A DNA stretch of 64,000 nucleotides from Acidimicrobiaceae bacterium (lineage in GTDB: Bacteria > Actinomycetota > Acidimicrobiia > Acidimicrobiales > Aldehydirespiratoraceae), in NCBI GenBank assembly GCA_009837445.1, contig VXTM01000021.1, forward strand, positions 118,767 to 182,766, written 5' to 3'. The notes beneath the pieces were generated by a model, which saw only the letters and a list, made by a program, of their open reading frames with translations, had not been told where the DNA came from and searched no databases. Positions 52,624-61,134 of this stretch are shown piece after piece; the stretch's first letter is position 1, and each line of letters starts with the position of its first letter. Made by a program: the position numbers and the translations under genes.

Positions 52624-53466
52624 GTCGCAGGCGGGGACTTCGACGGGCTGATTGAGGTCGGACGAGGCGAGCAGCGTGGCCAGCGGACCGGCCCGGGTGG
52701 CGTACGCCACCCCTCCCCCGCCGCGGCGCGACGCGCCCCAGGCGACGCCCACAGCCGTGGTCTGGCCGTCTACGCCGGTCACCAGCGCAGCGCCGGAGTC
52801 GCCCACCTCCGTCTGGGCGGCGAGGAGCCACGACTGTCGCTCGATGCGCTCGTCCCCGTTCACTATTTCCGTCCGCACCGTGACCGGACGGTCGATGCGG
52901 AACGGCGTCGGGTCCGGGGATGCCTCGGCCTCCCAGGCCAGCACCGCGCCGACGGTGCCGTCAGGAACGGCCTCGCTCAACGGCAGGGGACGCAGGCCGG
53001 CACCGGAGACCCGCAGCACGGCCAGATCGTTCACGGCGTCGAAGGCCACCAGCACCGCGCTGAGCTCCCGGCCGTCGTGCAATTCGACCGTCGGCTCGTC
53101 CATGCCGACCATCAGATGGGCGATGGTGACGACGACGTCGCCGTCCGTGACCGCGAAGCCACTCCCCTCGCGCACGATCCCGCGGCAGGCCGGACCGTAG
53201 ACCCTCACCGACGACTCCACCGCCGCGGCGAGATCCGCTCTCGACAGGCGGTGGTCGTCAGGCACCGGACCCGGGTCGGGCGGGTCGTCGAGCGGCGGCC
53301 TGATCGACGAGGTCGCTGGGACCGTCCCAGCACCTAGCGGAGCCTGTGGCTGGCGGTTACCCGACGCCGTGGTCCCGTCCTCGAGCACCGCCACCGCCGC
53401 GATGACCACGCCCGCAACGACAGCCGCGACAGCCACCCCGAGTAGGAGCCACCGCCCCGACGTCAC
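52621..53466 (-). CDS. Membrane-anchored trypsin-like (S1 family) serine protease
   Basis: It has an N-terminal TM (WLLLGVAVAAVVAGVVIAAVAVL), TIAHLM (His), NDLAVLRV (Asp) and GDSGAALV (Ser). The GTG start overlaps the trmI stop (GTGA). Confidence 0.7.
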   Translation of the reverse strand: MTSGRWLLLGVAVAAVVAGVVIAAVAVLEDGTTASGNRQPQAPLGAGTVPATSSIRPPLDDPPDPGPVPDDHRLSRADLAAAVESSVRVYGPACRGIVREGSGFAVTDGDVVVTIAHLMVGMDEPTVELHDGRELSAVLVAFDAVNDLAVLRVSGAGLRPLPLSEAVPDGTVGAVLAWEAEASPDPTPFRIDRPVTVRTEIVNGDERIERQSWLLAAQTEVGDSGAALVTGVDGQTTAVGVAWGASRRGGGGVAYATRAGPLATLLASSDLNQPVEVPACD

Positions 53467-54239
53467 TGCTCGATCAGCCGGCTGACGGTGAGGAAGCCGG
53501 TGTGGGCCACCATCCGGTGGTTGGGGCGCACCGCGTCACCCTCCACATGCCATCCCCGCTGGAGGACCTCGACCGTCTCATGGAGGTCGAAAGGAGAATC
53601 GTCCAGTGTCCGGCGCAGTCTCTGGACCTGCACGATGCTCGGCGTGTAGGCCAGCAGGATCCCGCCGGGGCGCAGGGCCACCGAGGCGTGAGGCACCACC
53701 TGCCAGGGCTCAGGCAGGTCCAGCACCACCCGGTCGAGCCCGGTCTCGTCGATGCCCTCGTAGACGTCGCGCACCTCGGTGCGGTACCGCTCCAGCGCCT
53801 CCGCCCCGCAGAAGCGCTCCACGTTGGCTCGGGCCCGGGCGCAGAAGTCCTCGCGCCGCTCGTATCCCGTCACCACCGCGCCCGCCCGCAGCAGCGCCAT
53901 CGACAGCGCCCCGGAGCCGATCCCGGCCTCCAGCACCCGTGCGCCAGGAAAAATGTCGGCCAGCATCAGGATGGGGCCGATGTCCTTGGGGTAGATGACC
54001 TGCGCCCCCCGGGGCATCTTCAGCACCGCGTCGGCCAGCGTCGGCCGCAGCGCCAGGAACGAGGAGCCCCGAGTGGACCGCAGCCTGGATCCCTCCGGCG
54101 CGCCGATGATCTCGTCGTGGGCGATCACCCCGGTATGGGTGTGGAACTCGCGGCCGGAGGCGAGGTCGAACAGGTAGCGGCGGCTCTTCCGATCGATTAG
54201 CAGGACCGGCTCGCCCGGCTCGAACGGCCGTCCGGTCAT
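53463..54239 (-). CDS. trmI: tRNA (adenine58-N1)-methyltransferase
   Basis: The ATG overlaps the ttuA stop (ATGA). Segments MPRGAQVIYPKDIGPILMLADIFPGARVLEAGIGSGALSMALL (SAM motif) and VVLDLPEPW. It resembles the Rv2118c family. Confidence 0.85.
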   Translation of the reverse strand: MTGRPFEPGEPVLLIDRKSRRYLFDLASGREFHTHTGVIAHDEIIGAPEGSRLRSTRGSSFLALRPTLADAVLKMPRGAQVIYPKDIGPILMLADIFPGARVLEAGIGSGALSMALLRAGAVVTGYERREDFCARARANVERFCGAEALERYRTEVRDVYEGIDETGLDRVVLDLPEPWQVVPHASVALRPGGILLAYTPSIVQVQRLRRTLDDSPFDLHETVEVLQRGWHVEGDAVRPNHRMVAHTGFLTVSRLIEQ

Positions 54240-55174
54240 CGTCTCTCGCGATCGGTGAAGCGCACCGGCGCCGGCCCGGCGGCGCGCTCGGCCAGGCGGC
54301 AGAAGGCGCACACCTGAGCGTCGGTGGGCGACCCGCAGCGCTCGCACGGCGCCAACTCGCCGCGGTCGCGCTCCACCTCGGCCCGGAAACGGTCCGACGC
54401 CCTGTCCAGGAAACCAAAGTAGAAGTCGTGCTTGGCGCCGGGCGACTCGACCTCGATGTCGTTGAGCGCGGCCTTGTAGGCCAGGTGCTTGTTGCCGGCC
54501 GCCATGGGGCATTCCTCGACGATGTAGTCGATCCCTCGCAGCAGGCAGTAGGCCGCGGTCTCCCGCTCGCCCAGGCGGACCAGCGGCTTGATCTTGCGGG
54601 GGAAGCCGTCGCGGGCCTCCAGCACCGGCAACTGCCGCCCGAGGTACTCGGTCTGCCACCGCAGGGTGTTGCCCATCAGCACGGCCGCCTCGTCGTCGAG
54701 GTTGTGGCCCGTGGCGAGAGCGTCATAGCCGCCGCGGCGGGCCGCGTCGTCGAAGAGGTGCCGCTTCGACAGACCGCAGGCCGAGCACGGCGCCCTCTTG
54801 GCGGCCCGGGCACCGGCGGGAACGTCGAAGCCGTGGGCCTCGGGCAGGTCGACGGTGTGGAGGGTCAGGCCCCGACTCTCGGCGTACCGGCGGGCGTAGC
54901 GGGCGGACTCCTTGCTGTAGTCGCCGATGCCGAGCCCCAGGTAGAAGCCGTCGACGGCGTAGCCGAGCTCGGTGAGCAGATCCCAAACCGCCAGGCTGTC
55001 CTTGCCTCCCGACACCGCCACCAGCACCCGGTCGCCGTCGGCCAGCATGTCGTAGCGGCGGATGGCCTTGGCCACCTGGTCCCGGCACAGGCGCAGGAAG
55101 TGCTCGACGCAGAAGTTGGCGTTGTGGCGGCGCACGTCGATCACCGCCGGCCCGCGGCACACCCGGCACTTCAT
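54236..55174 (-). CDS. ttuA: PP-loop tRNA 2-thiolation enzyme (TtuA/Ncs6-type)
   Basis: It has an N-terminal CxxC...CxxH zinc finger (KCRVCRG...FCVEHF), PP-loop VAVSGGKDS, cluster cysteines [10 protein letters not shown] and a C-terminal CERCG...CAFC finger. Confidence 0.8.
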   Translation of the reverse strand: MKCRVCRGPAVIDVRRHNANFCVEHFLRLCRDQVAKAIRRYDMLADGDRVLVAVSGGKDSLAVWDLLTELGYAVDGFYLGLGIGDYSKESARYARRYAESRGLTLHTVDLPEAHGFDVPAGARAAKRAPCSACGLSKRHLFDDAARRGGYDALATGHNLDDEAAVLMGNTLRWQTEYLGRQLPVLEARDGFPRKIKPLVRLGERETAAYCLLRGIDYIVEECPMAAGNKHLAYKAALNDIEVESPGAKHDFYFGFLDRASDRFRAEVERDRGELAPCERCGSPTDAQVCAFCRLAERAAGPAPVRFTDRERR

Positions 55175-55395
55175 GGGTGCGCTCCAGCCCGCCCGTCGCC
55201 GGCGCCGCCGGAGATCACGCTGCGCACCTCCACCTCGGAGCGGTCCGGGAGCGTCCGGTCGCCCGGCACCAGCTCACCGTTGCAGATCACCAGGTGCGAT
55301 TCCCGGTTGAGGCCGAGACGGTCGAGGAGGGCGCGCACCGTCACCGGTCCCTGCACCTCCAGTTCCCTGGTCGGGTTGCGCAGCACGACTCGCAT
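55171..55395 (-). CDS. ThiS/MoaD/TtuB-like beta-grasp sulfur-carrier protein with a 10-residue extension after the Gly-Gly
   Basis: 74 aa. The segment [29 protein letters not shown] is followed by [10 protein letters not shown]. Its stop overlaps the ttuA start (ATGA). Confidence 0.7.
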   Translation of the reverse strand: MRVVLRNPTRELEVQGPVTVRALLDRLGLNRESHLVICNGELVPGDRTLPDRSEVEVRSVISGGAGDGRAGAHP

Positions 55396-55422
55396 CCGAG
55401 CAGCGTGGCGCCTAGGGCGGCC

Positions 55423-55650
55423 TCAGGAGCCGTCCGGTTCGACGTTGCGGATCTCGATACCGGTGGACGGCTCCAGACGCTCCGACAGCACCGTCATCGG
55501 TTCGCGGGGGCCGACCGCCCTCCGCACCACCTTGACCGCGCTGGTCGCGACGAACGCCGCGAACCAGAACCGCGAGCTGCCGAGCAGGCCCCTTCGCATC
55601 GCTTGGCGGCTGATCCAGGCTGCCGCGGTCCGCCCGCCCGGGGGGCCCAC
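55423..55650 (-). CDS. Hypothetical small protein
   Basis: The ORF starts 4 nt after the upstream stop (GTG 55650; alternative ATG 55599). It has one hydrophobic stretch (FWFAAFVATSAV). No family is recognised. Confidence 0.35.
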   Translation of the reverse strand: MGPPGGRTAAAWISRQAMRRGLLGSSRFWFAAFVATSAVKVVRRAVGPREPMTVLSERLEPSTGIEIRNVEPDGS

Positions 55651-55653
55651 CGG

Positions 55654-55866
55654 TCAGATCCGCCTTACTTCGACAACTGTCCTGCGGAGCCGGCCGGCCC
55701 TGCGTCCCAGCAGGTAGGCGAGGCCGATCAGGACACTGGCGGCTGCGGCCGCACCGTAGGCGACCTTGACGAGCAGCGGCTGGGTCTCGCCGTCGATCTC
55801 GGCTTGGAGGTCGCGCAGCGCATCCTCCAGCGAATCGCGGGTTATCCGCTCGGACTCCGCGCTCAC
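55654..55866 (-). CDS. Hypothetical small membrane protein (70 aa)
   Basis: The GTG at 55866 overlaps the upstream stop (GTGA). It has an N-terminal amphipathic helix and one TM segment (VAYGAAAAASVLIGLAYLL). Confidence 0.4.
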   Translation of the reverse strand: MSAESERITRDSLEDALRDLQAEIDGETQPLLVKVAYGAAAAASVLIGLAYLLGRRAGRLRRTVVEVRRI

Positions 55867-56162
55867 CCGAGTCCCCTCTTGCCGACCTGGCGCACCAGCA
55901 GCGCTATCACGCCGCCCAGCGCCGCGACGACGATCAGGTACGGGATCCACGAGAGACTCCCGGCGAAGACGGTCCCGGTCTCGGTCTGCAGGGCCCGCAG
56001 CAGCGACAGCATCAGCAGGATCACCCCCACCACGAGCGCGAGGCTGCCGGCCAGGCCCATCGAGACCCAACGGCCAGCGCCCTGGAGCGGGCCGAGCAGC
56101 TCCTGGCGGACGTACGCCTTAACCAGGTCCACGACTTCTGCTACGCCCTGCCTGCGTGCCAA
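55863..56162 (-). CDS. Small two-TM membrane protein (actinobacterial holin-X-like family)
   Basis: 99 aa. Segments DLVKAYVRQEL, then TM1 MGLAGSLALVVGVILLMLSLL and TM2 IPYLIVVAALGGVIALLV. Confidence 0.5.
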   Translation of the reverse strand: MARRQGVAEVVDLVKAYVRQELLGPLQGAGRWVSMGLAGSLALVVGVILLMLSLLRALQTETGTVFAGSLSWIPYLIVVAALGGVIALLVRQVGKRGLG

Positions 56163-56196
56163 GGGTGGGTCCTCCGCGGTCGGTGGACTCCTGACG

Positions 56197-56844
56197 CTAC
56201 CCGCTGCCGAGCTCGATCCGGGCCCGCAGCAGCTCGGTTGCGTCGGCCACCAGGCGGCGGGCCAGCGCGAGCCTCTCGGTGGCTGTGGGGGTGCTCAACA
56301 CCTTGAACCGGTCGAAAGGTCCCAGTGGGGCCAGGGCCGCGGCCCGGTAGGAGGCCATGGACGGGTCCCGGCCCAGCTCGACGGGACCGGGCGCCTCGGC
56401 CTCCGCGTGACCCAGATGCCCGATCTGCAGGCGGAGGGCCAGTCCGCGGGCTTCGGTGACCAGTCCGGCGAGCTCGTCGATGGACTCCGGGTCCGCCCTC
56501 ACGACGGGCTCCGGCTCGTCGGGCCAGTCCTCGATCTCGGCCCAAGGATGCGGGTCGTCGATAAGCCACCGCCGGACCCGGATGCGGCGGTGTCCCAGGG
56601 CCATCACCAGCAGCCGCCCGTCGGGCACCGGCCGGGCCTCAACCACGCGGGCCATGGTGGCGACATCGCACCGCACATCGGAGCCGCCGACCTCTCGGCC
56701 CCGCTCGATCAGCGCCACCCCCATCTGCCGGTCGCCCCCGAGGACGGTCTCGAGCATGGTCAGGTAGCGGGGCTCGAAGACCTGCAGCGGCAGCGGCGAT
56801 CCGGGCAGCAGGACCGATTGGAGCGCGAACATGGGAGTGGCCAT
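56197..56844 (-). CDS. LON substrate-binding (Lon N-terminal, PUA-like) domain protein
   Basis: N-terminus MFALQSVLLPGSPLPLQVFEPRYLTMLETVL...MGVALI. Confidence 0.8.
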   Translation of the reverse strand: MATPMFALQSVLLPGSPLPLQVFEPRYLTMLETVLGGDRQMGVALIERGREVGGSDVRCDVATMARVVEARPVPDGRLLVMALGHRRIRVRRWLIDDPHPWAEIEDWPDEPEPVVRADPESIDELAGLVTEARGLALRLQIGHLGHAEAEAPGPVELGRDPSMASYRAAALAPLGPFDRFKVLSTPTATERLALARRLVADATELLRARIELGSG

Positions 56845-56859
56845 CTCGTCCGCCCGCGG

Positions 56860-58455
56860 CTATTCGCTGTCGGCCAACTCAGCGATCGGGGCGACCACCG
56901 GCTGCCTCGCCGGCGCCGGATGCAGCGCCGCGTCCGCGGAGGACGGACCGTAGGGGTGGCCCGACACCGCACGGATCAGGCCCTGCTGCAGATCGTTGCA
57001 GGTGCTCAGGAACAGGCCCTCGCGGTTGGCGATCAGAGAGAACGTGAGCACGTCGCCGTTGCGGGCCACGGTCACTCCGGCCAGCGCCGACACATCGTTG
57101 AGGGTCCCGGTCTTGGCCCACACCGTGCGGGACAGCGGGCTCTGCCCGTCGGGGCCGGCGCCGGCCCCTGCGGCCGGCTCGAGGCCGGCGTCGCAGTCGC
57201 GGAGGGTCCCGCTCTCCCCCACCACGGCCAGGCCCCTTACGAGCGGCGAGTCCGGCCCGGCCCGAAGGAGCAGCTCGGCAATGAGGTCGCAGGTCAGCCG
57301 GTTGTGAACCGACAGGCCCGAGCCGTCGGCGATGACGATCCCGGCAGTCTGAACGCCCAGCAGACGCTCCAGCACGTCCTGCACGCCCTGGACCGCCTCG
57401 GCCCGGGCCGATCCCGACAGCCGCCTGCCGATCTCCTTGAGCAGCATCTCAGCCGTGGTGTTGTCGGAGTTGCGCAGCATGCGGGCGACGATCTCCGCCA
57501 TCGGCGGCGACTCGACGGTGGCCAGCGAGCGAAGCTCCGACAGCGGCGGCGCAGTCCCCTTGCCGGCGTCGGCGGAAACACCGACTCCCCGGGCCTCGAT
57601 CAGTCCGTCCAGTACCTGGGCCGCATGGAGGGCGGGATCCGGGGCCCGCACGTTCTGGCTCCGGCTGGCGGAGTCGGCCGAGGGCGGGAAGGAGACGTAG
57701 CCGTCGTTCAGCAGCAGCGCAGAGAGCGGGCCGACCTGGTTGTTGTTGACGTAGGACCGCTTCCAGACGGAGCCGGCGTCGGGCTCGACGACCTGGGTCG
57801 TGTAGTCCCGCTCCGCCTCCGGGAAGCGGGACTCGTCGGCCACGATGCCCCCCTCGACGGTGAGGATGCCCTGCGCCCGTAGGGCAGCGGCCGCTTCGAC
57901 CGCCAACTCGGTGAAGTCGGTGTGGACGATGGGCTGGTCGAAGCGCCTCACGTAGGCGAGCGTCGACAGGACCGGATCGCCCCCTCCCACCAGGTAGACG
58001 TCGCCCACGAGCACGCCGTCGGCGGCTGTGCTCAGCGCGTCGGCGCGGACGAGCACCTCGGTCGTGTACGTCGCGGCCGGACCTGCGATCTCGAGGATCG
58101 CGGCCGCGGTGACGACCTTCATCAACGAGGCCGGCACCATCAGCGCATCAGCCCGTTCCGAAACGACGGGCGCCGCGCCGCGGTAGACGGCCAGGCACGT
58201 CTGCGGCGGAGCGCTCGGCTCCTCGACCACACCGGAGAGCCTCTCGAGCAGGCGGGTCCGGGTCACGGGCGCCGAGACCCATCCCGGCGTCCGGCGCACG
58301 CTCAGTATCGGCGTGGCCACCACCATTTCGGGCGGACCGGTCTCGGTGATCCACCCCGGGTCGGAGGAGGCGTCGGTACGCCGAGCCTGGACGAACGAGC
58401 CGACCGCGGTGGTCAGCAGGGCCGCCAGCAGGATCGAAACCAGGATCCGACGCAT
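56860..58455 (-). CDS. dacB: D-alanyl-D-alanine carboxypeptidase/endopeptidase (PBP4, peptidase S13)
   Basis: The ATG at 58455 gives the signal peptide MRRILVSILLAALLTTAVG. It has PASLMKVVT (SxxK), DGSGLS (SxN-like) and AKTGTL (KTG). The track start at 58533 lies in repeat copy 6. Confidence 0.8.
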   Translation of the reverse strand: MRRILVSILLAALLTTAVGSFVQARRTDASSDPGWITETGPPEMVVATPILSVRRTPGWVSAPVTRTRLLERLSGVVEEPSAPPQTCLAVYRGAAPVVSERADALMVPASLMKVVTAAAILEIAGPAATYTTEVLVRADALSTAADGVLVGDVYLVGGGDPVLSTLAYVRRFDQPIVHTDFTELAVEAAAALRAQGILTVEGGIVADESRFPEAERDYTTQVVEPDAGSVWKRSYVNNNQVGPLSALLLNDGYVSFPPSADSASRSQNVRAPDPALHAAQVLDGLIEARGVGVSADAGKGTAPPLSELRSLATVESPPMAEIVARMLRNSDNTTAEMLLKEIGRRLSGSARAEAVQGVQDVLERLLGVQTAGIVIADGSGLSVHNRLTCDLIAELLLRAGPDSPLVRGLAVVGESGTLRDCDAGLEPAAGAGAGPDGQSPLSRTVWAKTGTLNDVSALAGVTVARNGDVLTFSLIANREGLFLSTCNDLQQGLIRAVSGHPYGPSSADAALHPAPARQPVVAPIAELADSE

Positions 58456-58499
58456 CGCCAAGCATGGTACGCCGCGCGTCCCAGCGGACCCGCTCACCC

Positions 58500-58588
58500 A
58501 GAGGCCGAGCGGTTGGCGGCGAGCCCAGCCCATACGGACGAGGCCGTGGCCGAGCGGCCCTCAGGTCGCAGCGAACCAGAGCGGGACC
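58500..58588 (+). repeat. Dispersed repeat, copy 6 (diverged)
   Basis: AGAGGCCGAGCGGTTGGCGGCGAGCCCAGCCCATACGGACGAGGCCGTGGCCGAGCGGCCCTCAGGTCGCAGCGAACCAGAGCGGGACC. Confidence 0.75.
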
Positions 58589-58654
58589 GGGGTGGCCTGT
58601 TCGAAGTCCTCCTACACTGCCGCCAAATCCGCTCGTGCCTCCGGAGAGCCGACC

Positions 58655-59041
58655 ATGGACATCGTGGCCGCCCTGTTCATCGACGACATCCAGCTCCGCC
58701 AGGTGCCGGGACCGTCCACCCGCATCGACCTCACCGGGGTGCAGTTCTCGGCGGCTGCGCCCACCGAAGTCCCGCTGGTGTGGGCCCCCCATCTGGTGGT
58801 GATCGTGCGCTGCGCGCCCGACGAGTCGGGCGTCGGGGCCCTGGAGGTGGCGTATTTCCGGGGCGACGAGCGCATCGCTCGCAACGTGCAACCCCTGCAG
58901 GTTGAGCCGGGCAAGTTCAACTACCGGCTGGTGCGGGCCGAGCTCGAGTTCGCCGACTACGGCACGGTCGAGGCCCGGGCCCGCATCGACGCCGGACCCA
59001 TCATGGTGGTGCCCTACACCCTCCTGCCGCCCCCTGCATGA
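58655..59041 (+). CDS. Hypothetical protein (128 aa)
   Basis: The ATG follows GGAGAG. It has ordinary amino-acid composition (MDIVAALFIDDIQLRQVPG...) and no recognised family. Confidence 0.5.
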   Translation: MDIVAALFIDDIQLRQVPGPSTRIDLTGVQFSAAAPTEVPLVWAPHLVVIVRCAPDESGVGALEVAYFRGDERIARNVQPLQVEPGKFNYRLVRAELEFADYGTVEARARIDAGPIMVVPYTLLPPPA

Positions 59042-59138
59042 GGGGCCGCACCGGACCGCCCCATAGGTCGTTCCCCCCGCCGGTGGCATGTTCTATGGTG
59101 AGCCGGCGGCAGGCATCCGGCGACGGGCGGGAGGGTCC

Positions 59139-61112
59139 GTGACTCCCATCGAGCGGCTCGGCATCAACGTCATCAAGGCGCTGTCCATGGACGCGCCCCA
59201 CGCGGCCCGCTCGGGCCACCAGGGGACCGCCATGGCCCTGGCCCCGCTGGCCCACGTTCTGTGGACCCGGGTCATGCGCTATGACGCCCAGCGGCCGGAC
59301 TGGCCCGACCGTGACCGGTTCGTGCTGAGCGCAGGCCACGCCTCGATCCTGCAGTACGCCATGCTCTACCTCACCGGCCACGGTCTGACGCTCGACGACA
59401 TCAAGGACTTCCGCCAGTGGGGATCGGCCACGCCGGGCCATCCCGAGGCCGGCTGCACGCCGGGTGTGGAGGTGACCACCGGTCCGCTCGGCCAGGGCAT
59501 CGCCAACGCGGTGGGCATGGCCATCGCGGAGAGCCAGCTGCGCACCCGCTTCGGCATCGGGATCTGCGACCACCGGATCTTCGTGATCGCCGGCGACGGC
59601 GACCTGTCGGAGGGCGTCAGCCACGAGGCGGCCTCCCTGGCGGGCCATCTCGGCCTGGGCCGGCTGGTGGTCGTCTACGACGACAACGAGGTCACCATCG
59701 ACGGAGGCACCGACCTGGCGCTGTCCGACGACGCCGCGACCCGCTTCCGGTCCTACGGCTGGCATGTCATCGAACTCGGCGAGGCCGCCGAGGACCTGGA
59801 CGCGCTGGAGTCGGGCCTGCGCGACGCGGCCGCCGACGAGGACCGGCCCTCGCTGGTGATCCTGCGGTCGGTGATCGCCGCACCCGCGCCCCAGGCGTCG
59901 GGCACCCCCGCGGCCCACGGCTACGCCATCTTCGACGAGGAGATCGCCGCGACCAAGAAGCTGATGGGCCTGCCCGCCGACGAGTCGTTCCACGTGCCCT
60001 CCGAGGTGGTCGATTACTACCGGGATGCGGGCACGGCGGGCCAGGCGGAGCGCTTCGCCTGGGAGGCGAGGGCAGCCGCCTTCGACGGAGACCGCTCCGG
60101 CCTGGAGGCGTGCCTGGCCGCAACGGGCCGTCCCGGCTGGGAGGAGGCGCTCCCCGCATTCGAACCGGGCCAGTCGGTGGCCACCCGCAAGGCCTCCAAT
60201 GTCACGCTGCAGGCCCTCCTGCCGGAAGTCCCCGGGCTCACCGGCGGCGGGGCCGACCTCACCGGCAACACGGGCACGGTCCTGGCCGACAGCGGCGTGT
60301 TCTCGGCCGGCGGCCCCGGGGGACGCCAGATCTACTTCGGGGTGCGAGAGCACGCCATGGGGGCCGTCGCCAACGGCATGGCCCTGCACGGCGGCGCCAT
60401 ACCGGTGGTGGGGACGTTCCTGGTGTTCGCCGACTACATGCGGCCAGCGGTGCGGTTGGCCGCGCTGTCGGAGGCCAAGGTCGTCTTCGTCTGGAGCCAC
60501 GACTCCGTCGGTGTGGGAGAGGACGGCCCCACCCACCAGCCCGTGGAGCACGTGGCCTCGCTGCGAGCCATACCGGACCTGACGGTGATCAGACCGGCCG
60601 ACGCCACCGAGACGGTGGGGGCATGGCGGGTGGCGGTGGAGTCCGGCGGACCGACCGCGCTGATCCTCACCCGCCAGGGGGTGCCCGTGCTCGAAGGCAC
60701 CCTGGCCGAGTCGGTGGCTGCGGGGGGTTACACCGTCCTCGAGCCAGACGAACCCAGCATCACCCTGGTGGGCACGGGCAGCGAGGTATCGGTCTGCTGC
60801 GACGCTGCTGACCTGCTGGCCGCCGAGGGGATCTCGGCCCGGGTGGTGTCGCTGCCGTCGTGGGAGCTGTTCGCCCAGCAGCCCTACTCCGAGCAGGCCC
60901 GCGTGCTCCGGCCTGACCTGCCGTCGCTCTCGGTGGAGGCGGGCACCACGATGGGATGGAGCCGCTGGACCGACGAGGCGGTGGGCATCGACCGCTTCGG
61001 TGCCTCGGCGCCGGGGGCGCAGGTCATGGAGAAGCTCGGCATCTCCGCCCCCAATGTGGCCACCAGGGCCCGGGCCCTGGTGGAGGGCTCAATGTCCCGA
61101 GCGGCGCTGTGA
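59139..61112 (+). CDS. tkt: Transketolase
   Basis: The GTG follows RBS GGGAGGG. Segments INVIKALSMDAPHAARSGHQGTAMALAP, GDGDLSEGVSHEA and EDGPTHQPVEH. Confidence 0.9.
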   Translation: MTPIERLGINVIKALSMDAPHAARSGHQGTAMALAPLAHVLWTRVMRYDAQRPDWPDRDRFVLSAGHASILQYAMLYLTGHGLTLDDIKDFRQWGSATPGHPEAGCTPGVEVTTGPLGQGIANAVGMAIAESQLRTRFGIGICDHRIFVIAGDGDLSEGVSHEAASLAGHLGLGRLVVVYDDNEVTIDGGTDLALSDDAATRFRSYGWHVIELGEAAEDLDALESGLRDAAADEDRPSLVILRSVIAAPAPQASGTPAAHGYAIFDEEIAATKKLMGLPADESFHVPSEVVDYYRDAGTAGQAERFAWEARAAAFDGDRSGLEACLAATGRPGWEEALPAFEPGQSVATRKASNVTLQALLPEVPGLTGGGADLTGNTGTVLADSGVFSAGGPGGRQIYFGVREHAMGAVANGMALHGGAIPVVGTFLVFADYMRPAVRLAALSEAKVVFVWSHDSVGVGEDGPTHQPVEHVASLRAIPDLTVIRPADATETVGAWRVAVESGGPTALILTRQGVPVLEGTLAESVAAGGYTVLEPDEPSITLVGTGSEVSVCCDAADLLAAEGISARVVSLPSWELFAQQPYSEQARVLRPDLPSLSVEAGTTMGWSRWTDEAVGIDRFGASAPGAQVMEKLGISAPNVATRARALVEGSMSRAAL

Positions 61113-61134
61113 GACCGGCGAGGAGGCCCCCGAA

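Noticed and set aside
35197-53462. Calling the catabolic block a genomic island or mobile element.
   Set aside because: No integrase, transposase, tRNA attachment site, direct-repeat borders or visible compositional shift is present. Only a synteny argument remains, and it is reported as a low-confidence inference.
55177-57882. A 901-aa plus-strand ORF. Similar very long ORFs include 29987-32131 (+), 10589-12250 (+), 24669-26312 (+), 2384-4102 (-) and 59001-60551 (-).
   Set aside because: All run antisense or out of frame to genes with clear family motifs and are dominated by Arg/Gly/Pro/Ala/His. This is the expected shadow-ORF artefact when stop codons are rare in GC-rich DNA.
59042-59138. 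Inverted repeats upstream of tkt (CCGCCGG-19 nt-CCGGCGG and CCATAG...CTATGG).
   Set aside because: The stems are short (6-7 bp) with long loops, a pattern common by chance in GC-rich DNA, and there is no second occurrence to support a motif.
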